Positions 55,513 through 64,000 of a DNA stretch of 64,000 bases are shown in pieces; the stretch's first letter is position 1, and every line of letters starts with the position of its first letter. Both the position numbers and the translations under genes were made by a program. Source of the DNA: the human T2T-CHM13v2.0 reference genome, Homo sapiens. The notes under the pieces are model-generated. The model made no database searches. It was not told the origin of the DNA and was given only the letters and a program-made list of their open reading frames with translations. Where the stretch lies: NCBI RefSeq assembly GCF_009914755.1, contig NC_060935.1. One strand, 5' to 3'.

Positions 55513-57579
55513 CTTAACGATGTGGATATGTTCTTATATGTGTGTCACACATATATATACACACAGAGTCATGTGTCACTTAATGTATGTGTGTATACAC
55601 ACACACATATATATAATCTTTTAGTTTATCATTTACCATCTTTAGTTTATCATTTACCATCTTCTATTTTCTCCTTAAATGTGAGTAAGAAATTTAGACT
55701 ACATTCGGCATGGCTGTATCTAACAATGCATTTCAAGTCAAAGTTTAGTCATAATCCTGCTGCCAAGTGGAAAGATAGCAAACTGCTTTAAGGAAAATCA
55801 GATATTTCCTCACGTGAAACAATCCAGTGTTTCATAGACTGCATGTCATTAAATTCTCATCACCAATATTATTTCAGAGACTATAGTTTATAATAAAATA
55901 TCTTGAGCATGTCTATATTAAAGATAGACAAATTAGACTCTGTTGGCTAAACTCTGGTTATCACATAAGCATTGTTTTCAAACATTACTTGAGCTTTGGC
56001 CATTCAATTTGATCACTAGATATTGAACTCCATTGTGTTGGCTTAATATATTTTCTGTTGGTTTTTATAATTATTATTTAAAATGTGTGCAATAGTTCAT
56101 AGAATTAGCACTATGTGCTAAACACATTTATAAGCAACAAGAAGATGTGGAACAAATGAAAAAGAAGTTTATACTAATTACATATCTACATCTGACTTCA
56201 GTGAATAAATTTTAATATTAACAACTCTAATTACTCAAAGCAAAAAAATTATAGAGTGAAAGAAGATCCAATATAAATTAGATTTTCAATTTATAAATAC
56301 AACAAGAAGTAAGTTGTTCCAAAGATAGCTCTCTCCCAAAAATTATGACAATTTTCATTCAACATTTAATGTTCTACCCTATGAAGTTCATCATTTATTA
56401 CAATATAAATTTCTTCCCTTGCTCCACAATACAGAACAGGGCTACGTACAGAATGGGAGCTTCTGCTAGCTCCCATACTGTCTGGTGCAGGACAATGCAT
56501 GTTGGTATGTGCTCAAAAAACATAATTTTGCAGACTGGGTAATTGTAACTTATTCACCCATATTACCTTTTCCAAATGATAAGAGTATGAAATTTAACAA
56601 CTTAGATTTCAAACAAAAGATTGGTGATTTGATCGGTTCAAAAGCATGGACCCAGCATTTGAGGGATCAATCTCTGCATGCAAGCAGAACATCAATAGTT
56701 TCTTACATAGTAGGTCTATTTTCTGGTAACATTTACAACATGTAGCTTTGTGTCTGAATCTAAACAGTATGGGCAATTTAAGAATCTGGATTATAATTGG
56801 CATCTATTGGGAAGTAATCTTCCAAATGGATCAGAAGACTTTTAGGTCAGATGAAAACTTATTTAAAGTATATAGATTCTTCTCTAGTCAAAAATTTCCA
56901 ATTTGTAGCAGATGTATAAAAATATCTACTAAAGATGTGACCATATATAATTAACTATATGAATACTTTTTTCTTACCGTATATATGGATAAAATACACT
57001 TTTAGCAGTAAATCACACCAAACTAAGATTTCTTTTGTATTTCCTGCAATAGACTAGCACATAACATACAGAAGGATACATTATGCAAAACAAAAATATT
57101 CTAGAAATAATTAACTAAACAAGTTGAGTTCATCCTGTATCAAGATATTCTCCATATCAGTAGAAGGGATAGAAATATTGTTTCCCATTTTATTTTCTCA
57201 AAATAATACTTCTGCTTTCAGGGGATTTCAATGAAGTAGCTCTTGGGAATTACAAAGTCTTCAGGACTTCTACTTATTCCATATTTTTAGAACCATCAGA
57301 GTTTAGACTTTCAGTTTACAGAGTCATCTCTCAAAGACTTTACCCAGTAAGTGACCTTTGTAGACCATATACTGTTCATCAGGAACTCAGTTATAACTAG
57401 TGACAGGTTGTCTTCACTGGAATTTGCTCCTTAACAGGTATTCAGTCTCCAGGACATAATACTAAATAGAAAACAAGGTAAGTCGTTTGAATTAGATTAA
57501 CTTTGGGTTCTCAATTCTGGTTCACCCAGGAAATAAGGTGATTGCCTTCTTAAATCACTGGGTATTATCTTGTCATGTT

Positions 57580-58250
57580 GAACAATCACATAGCCTTCAT
57601 CCCAGCAATTCTAATTACAGGTATATGCCTGAAGGAGGTTCTAGCTCACGTGCTAAAAGATGTGTCCAAGAATGTGGATAGTATCACTTATACTAGCAAA
57701 AAGGTTAAAAAAAAAAAAAAAAAAAAAAACAGGCCCGGAAAGTCCACTGACAGGAGAAGAAATTTTTAAATTGTGGTTTATTCACACAGTTCAATATTAT
57801 ACGTTTATAAAATGAATGAGCTACAGCTGCATGCAACAACATAGATGAATTTGAGGAGCATAATGCTACGTGAAAGAAGCATGTTTCTGCAGACTTTGTA
57901 TAGTATGACACCGTATTTTATAAGGCGCAAAACTAGCAAAGATAAACAATATATTCTCTAGACACACATACATATATAAAAATATTTAAAAAAACAAAAA
58001 TGGTGAAATGATGAACCAAATTTTCAGAACAGTCATTACCCTATAGTAGGGAAGGCAGTGGGGGTGGGTGAAGGAAGGAATACATAGGTAGGTAATTGGT
58101 AATAATCCAGGATCTGATTTGGATAGTAGGTCATGATTAGTCTTTACATCATGCTTTATTTTGTGTATGTATATATATACATACATATATATATTCCTTA
58201 GTATATATCAAATATTACATTAAAAGGTAAAATAAATATAATTTTAAAAT
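57580..58250 (+). mobile_element. L1ME-like 3' fragment
   Basis: cccagcaattcta...aaaatgaatgagctacagctgcatgcaacaacatagatgaat. Confidence 0.75.
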
Positions 58251-59125
58251 ATTATTTTAAAAATTGACTACTATGAGTGATCTAGTAATTATTATTCTCC
58301 TCTAACATTTTAAGTAATAGTTTTCTTGTTCACTTATTTATTACTTATTTATTCTCCCCTTACTGAGAAATATAACGAGGTGGCACTATGTTAGATACTA
58401 GAAATTCAGAACTAAATAAGATGGCCAGTGCTCTTGAAGGGCTTACAGGCCAGTGGAAGAATTTTAACAACTGATTACAGTTCTCCATGAGTAGGAAGGG
58501 CAAATAAGATATTATATGAAAAGCCACCAGCACATAGTCAGTGCTTAAAAATTAACTCTATTTTTTAATATTACTATTGTTATTCGAACATAACCCTGAG
58601 GACATGGACACAGGGCACTCGATGTTCTTCAAGGGGTAAATTTTCTTTCTTGCTAACCCAACGGGTACACAATAATGGATGCTTCTGCTTCACACGGCGC
58701 CTCTGAGTAAGCAAAATTTGAAAGGTAAGAGAACAAAGCAAACCAAATATTATTTAATCTGAGCTCTACACCATACTGCCTGTTCTATTAATATTTACTC
58801 TCTTTATAAATGTTTGCCCTACACTTTAGTCTAATAATTCTAAGAATGCAATTTCCTCACCGAGTTCTACATATCTTTAGAAAATCCAAACTAGAAATAG
58901 TTTATGGTACAAATAGAAGACCTGAAAAGCAACCTATAACATAAGAGATTTTCAGCTCTGTTTGTTGAGTCAAATGGCCTTTGAAATCCACCAGCCCATC
59001 TCTTAAAGTGGGGTAAGGTGAAATAGCTTGTTAGATAAAGTGACTCCTACATACATCAATTGATGATGCTTTGTTCTGGGATTAAACCGTAAGAACAATC
59101 TATTAACTGAGGAGTATTAAAGCTA

Positions 59126-59527
<402 letters not shown>

Positions 59528-60126
59528 TCATTCATGGCCAAAAATATTCAGATTTCAGTGAACAATAATACACAAAGCCTGAAATCATATAAAAGCAAAA
59601 GCTTAGATGCTAGATATCCCACACAAGCCATGCAGGTTCCAATCATATCCTCAGCCTAGTAATGCTCACTGCAGGAAATTCCAAAAATATCTCCACCAAA
59701 TGGGTAATTAGAGAAGAGAAACAAATGCAGCCCTTGGCATAGGTTTCTCCCATAAACAGAGCCCTGTAGGCACATTTCACACCAGGCCATCTGTTGTTTC
59801 ATGATGGTGAGTTAATAGATGGTTGAGACAAGCGAGAGCAACTCATTATTCAAAGCTCCCTCTCAAAATGAAGTTCTAATTGAACTGTGTGTGCTCTATA
59901 CTCTGTTTTACTAGAGTCATGGGAAAAGAAGGATTCTTATCTAATCCTTTTTGTCTTTTGGCTTTACTTTCTACAAACAGCCAAAAACAAAAGTGAAATA
60001 ATCCTTCTAGTGGTACAACAGATCACAGACCAAGGTGGCCAAGCTAAAGTTGCTTGATGTGGATTTTGAAAAGGTAGAAAACATTGAGAACTATAAGATA
60101 AACAGGCAGGAAATTCAGCTAGTAAT

Positions 60127-60308
60127 TATAGTTGCCAGATAAAATATAACTGTTTAAATTTTAATTCCAGATGGACAATGATTTTTTAGTATAAGTATGA
60201 CCCACACAATATTTGGGATATATTTATACTAAAATATTAGTTGTTGTTCTTCTGAAATTCAAATGAAGTGGGCATCATGTATTGTATCTGCTAAATTTGG
60301 CAACTGTA
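60127..60308. mobile_element. MER53 palindromic hAT MITE
   Basis: ta.agttgccagat...ttttagtataagtatg.ccca...tgggatatatttatactaaaa...tctgaaattcaaat...tggcaact.ta; partial 8-bp TSD ctagtaat/tgagtaat. Confidence 0.88.
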
Positions 60309-60654
60309 TGAGTAATGGATTCCAATGATTATAGCAGCAGTGTCTGACTGGGCTCAAAATAGAAATCCTATGATCGCCACACAGTAAATAACAATATACT
60401 CACCACAAAGAGGGTATGGTGCAACATAAACAATATAAGGTATAGGATGATAGAATGAATATGGCCATCCTAACATAATCAAAATGTAGACTATTGAAAT
60501 GTATTCAGTTAAAAAATGTGCTGAAACTTTGGGGGTTATAGCGTAAGCTCGTATATTGAAAAATCTCATTTCTATTGCTAACACCATTCAGATGACTTTT
60601 CAACATATAGCTGTTAAACGTATGCCATTACTTAATTACTTTTTCATTAATGTC

Positions 60655-61400
60655 TTCATTCTTTTATGCACTTTGCCAGGTACTTTTTAAAGCACTGGAA
60701 ATAGAGCAGAGGACAACATAAAGCTTTATCCACATGAAGCTTACCTTCCAGTGGAAGAAGACAGAAAACAAGTGAATAGTTGGAAATATAATACCTCAGA
60801 GAATAAGTGAATAAAAGAAAAATAAAGCCAAGTAAGGGAGATAGAGAGTTTTGGAAGATTGCGTGAGTTATGGTATTTACATTGGGTAGTAAGGGAAGAC
60901 CTCTCTGATAAGGTGACATTTTGAGCAGAGACCCATAAAATATGAGGGAGCAAGTCATACACGTGAAAAAGAAAAATGAAGGTCCTGAGAATGATAAATC
61001 CCTGCTGCAGTCCTCAGAAAGCAGGAGACCAGTGTGACCAGAGTTGAGTGACTGAAGAGTAGAGAGGTAGAAGACGAAGTCAGGGAGTTGGTGATGGAAG
61101 CAGTCCTTACAATGACTTGGGATTTTACAGAAAGGGAAATAAGAAGCTACAAATGTTTTTAACTTTATCCGAGGTCCCATGACTCTTCAGTTCAGTACAG
61201 TCTCCCTGGACTCTGTATGGAGGATAGACTTCAGGCTGGTAAGGGGAGAGTCAGGGAGAGTTGTCAAGAGGTACTGCCACCATCCAGGCAAGAGATGACA
61301 GGGCCCAGGATCGGTGGAGGCTTGTAGCTGGGAAGGACATGAGAAGTGGTTGGACATGAATGCATTTTGAAGGTTAGTCAACAAGAAGGAAGAAAGAAGT
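60655..61400 (-). mobile_element. L2 fragment
   Basis: aagggaagacctctctgataaggtgacattttgagcagagacc; catccaggcaagagatga. Confidence 0.8.
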
Positions 61401-61429
61401 TGCAATTCCTGCCTTCAAGGATCTTTCCC

Positions 61430-61610
61430 AATGATAGCTGACATTTATTATTTGTGTGCCATCAACTATACACACACAAGCTAAAGTCCTTACATACCTA
61501 ATCTCACTAGCCTTCTCAACAACCTCACAAAGAAACTGAGGCTAAAAGAAGCTATTTGCTTCAGAGGCATATAGCTAATAAAGTAAAAGAGCAGCGGAGG
61601 TGCTCAGATT
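61430..61610 (-). mobile_element. MIR
   Basis: atagctgacatttatt...ctcaacaacct...gaaactgaggct. Confidence 0.65.
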
Positions 61611-63249
61611 TGATTGACACCAAACAATGGAACATACACTCTGAGTATGTACAAAGAAATATAGGCTGTAGCTCTAACCTCATGAAGCTTGGGAGAGATT
61701 TTAGATCAACACATAAAAGATGGTTACATTACTATCCTAGGCAGTGTGTGGTTGAGAACCAAATATCTCTATTTAAATGTTTCGTGAATTCAGAGGGGTA
61801 GGAAATGCGTATGATTTAAAGTGCTTGGAGAAGAATTCGTGGGGGAGGGGGTACAAGCTGAGCCTAGTAGAAAGGGAAGCAATTGGACTAGGTGGAGAGG
61901 AGGAAGAGGATATAAAGCAGTAGCAACAACAGAAATAGGTCTTAAAGTTTCAAAATTAGCGTGCTATTTCCAGTGCAGAGAGTTGACCAAGTTGGTTGAA
62001 ACTGGGAGAAATGGAAACAGTACCCACACTATTGAAAATCTGCACCATCTTAACCAGTTTGTCTGATGATCTTTTAAGCAGACATGAAATATACTAGCAC
62101 TGACAAAGAAAACGAAGAGGCTACAGATTTTCACACAGTGCCATGAGGCTTCCTCATCTACAAGAAGCAAAATACCTCTTGCTTATTCATATGGACACAT
62201 ATTATTTGACAATCATCCCCCCACATGGAAAATTTGTTTGGTTATTGATAGATGATAGCTGATGCAGCAGTGGGGGAACAAACATTTACACATTATAGCT
62301 CAGATGTATAACAGAAGTGAAGTGTCTTCATTTTGAAGCAAATGCACTGAGTTGGCTGCCAAACACCCATTCTGGCATATGGCTGGGGGTGGGGTGGAGA
62401 CAGAGTGTTAAAATGCCAATTAGAGGTGAATCATTCTCTTCTGGTTCAAAATGGTCTTTTTTATTTAAAAGTCCCTTTTAGAAAAATATTCAGCCAATTC
62501 AAAGGTCAAACTATTTATCAAGGCTGTCGTTCCTCCCTCAGAAGGACTATTTTCCTTTTTTGCAAGACAGCTTCTGGGAACAAGGTAAAGCTCATATATG
62601 CTCAGGGAATTGGAGGGGCAGGGGCTCCCATCCATCTGTGGTTGAGGTCCAGATGGAGAGGAGGTATAGGGTTTATTGCACAGCCATTTTATCTTTGCAG
62701 GTCTGTCAGCTCCTGTCCCTACCACCTCTGCTTCTAGAACGTTCAGTGTGTGTAGCTCGTGGTCTATTCTTTCAGCATGCCAGGTGGTTCCTGCCTTTCA
62801 CCTGAAACTCCCAGCCTCAACTCCTGCGTGCACTTGAGATCTTCTGGGTCTCCTCTACTTTCTCCATCTGGCCTCTGCCTCAGCTGCCCATGCCATGGCC
62901 TCCCCAACATGGTTCTCACCACAGGGATGTCACTGGTTCTTGCTCAGCTACATTCCAAGTCCTCTACAAGAAGCAAGCGTGAAATTTTATATCTCTCTCC
63001 ATGCCACCCAGCTAACACAGTATTTAAAAGAGAACAGCAATCTTCAGCACTCTCCCTGCCCAAACATGCCAAATCATGTTTCTCCTCTGCTGTGGTCACT
63101 CCACGTTGGCCTTGGGGCTCCCTATGCACAGATCTCCTTCCTGAAACCAAACAGGTAAGGAGAGTATAAGCTCTCTGTACTTTCATACTCCCTCTCAGTC
63201 TAGCCGAGATTTCTCTCACTCTTTTCATCATCTCCTCTGCATTTCTTCT

Positions 63250-63470
63250 TTAAACAGCTTTAGTGTGGTATAATTCATATGCCGTAAAACTTCCTCATAT
63301 TAAGGATACAGATGATTGCATTTTAGTAAATTTATATTATTGTGCAACCATGATCAGGATGTAGTTTTAGAACATTTGTATCACCTTAAAACATTTTCTC
63401 ATAGCCATCTGAAGTTAATCCTCATTCCAACCTCAGGCTCTAGCAACCACTGCTCTGCTTTCAGTGCTGG
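63250..63470 (-). mobile_element. L1M 3'-terminal fragment
   Basis: aacagcttta.tg.ggtataattcatat...ttgtgcaaccat...gttttagaacattt. Confidence 0.75.
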
Positions 63471-63576
63471 GAAGGACCTCTACTTCTCATATGCTGGACC
63501 AGATAAGACAGACCAATTCTCCTAATGAGGACAGCTAAAACTCTATATTATATGCGTATTGTATGAGATATACATA

Positions 63577-63616
<40 letters not shown>
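63577..63616. repeat. Compound (TG)n(TA)n microsatellite
   Basis: Read directly. Confidence 0.95.
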
Positions 63617-64000
63617 AATTATAATTTGGCTGAAAATTACCAGACCAAAATCTAGGAAAATGGGGGAGCCCAATAAAGTGAGAACAACTTGCAAAACTGC
63701 TTTGGTACAGAGGGCATTTGTCTATATGAAGATATAGCTGTGAGGAGATCTGACATTTTAGTAGCTTCTTAGAATGTGGACAACGAAAGTAAAAGCCAGC
63801 ACCTACCTAAGTAGAAAGTCTGACAAGCACCACCACCCCTTCTTTAAATTAGGGCTGTCTGAAAAAGAGTAAACTGGAATAAGCTACTAGTTTAAGATTA
63901 AACTTTTCTGTAAAAGTTTAATCTCAGGACTTGGAGAACCAGGTGTACAAGGCCACCAACGTCCAAGGAAACAAGACACTTTGAGCTCAAATCCAGAGAA

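Noticed and set aside
60656-61180. 174-aa minus ORF
   Set aside because: Lies in a decayed L2 3' region; no domain or splice evidence

Overview
Human genomic DNA: AT-rich, non-coding and dominated by repeats (intronic or intergenic). The human-specific AluYa5 and LTR5_Hs insertions identify the species. I found no host protein-coding exon; every ORF I can recognise is retrotransposon-derived. The young insertions are a full-length but dead L1PA3-type LINE-1 (7989-14138, minus, 12-bp TSD, retains the 129-bp 5'UTR segment), a complete 968-bp HERV-K(HML-2) LTR5_Hs solo LTR (24641-25608) and an AluYa5 with a 15-bp TSD (40891-41199). Older layers include a THE1 element that lost most of its 5' LTR, THE1/MLT1/MLT2/ERVL solo LTRs, a 5'-truncated L1PA15/16-like LINE with two nested THE1 LTRs, a decayed Charlie (hAT) transposon, MER20/MER45A/MER53/Tigger3, a CR1/L3 RT fossil, L2 and MIR. 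I cannot support a new biological system. The best leads are regulatory hypotheses (LTR5_Hs plus three intact DUX4 sites within about 10 kb; an L1 antisense promoter with ORF0 pointing at them) and a few unique-sequence hairpins and candidate exons. Subfamily names come from recalled consensus sequences and need RepeatMasker/Dfam confirmation.
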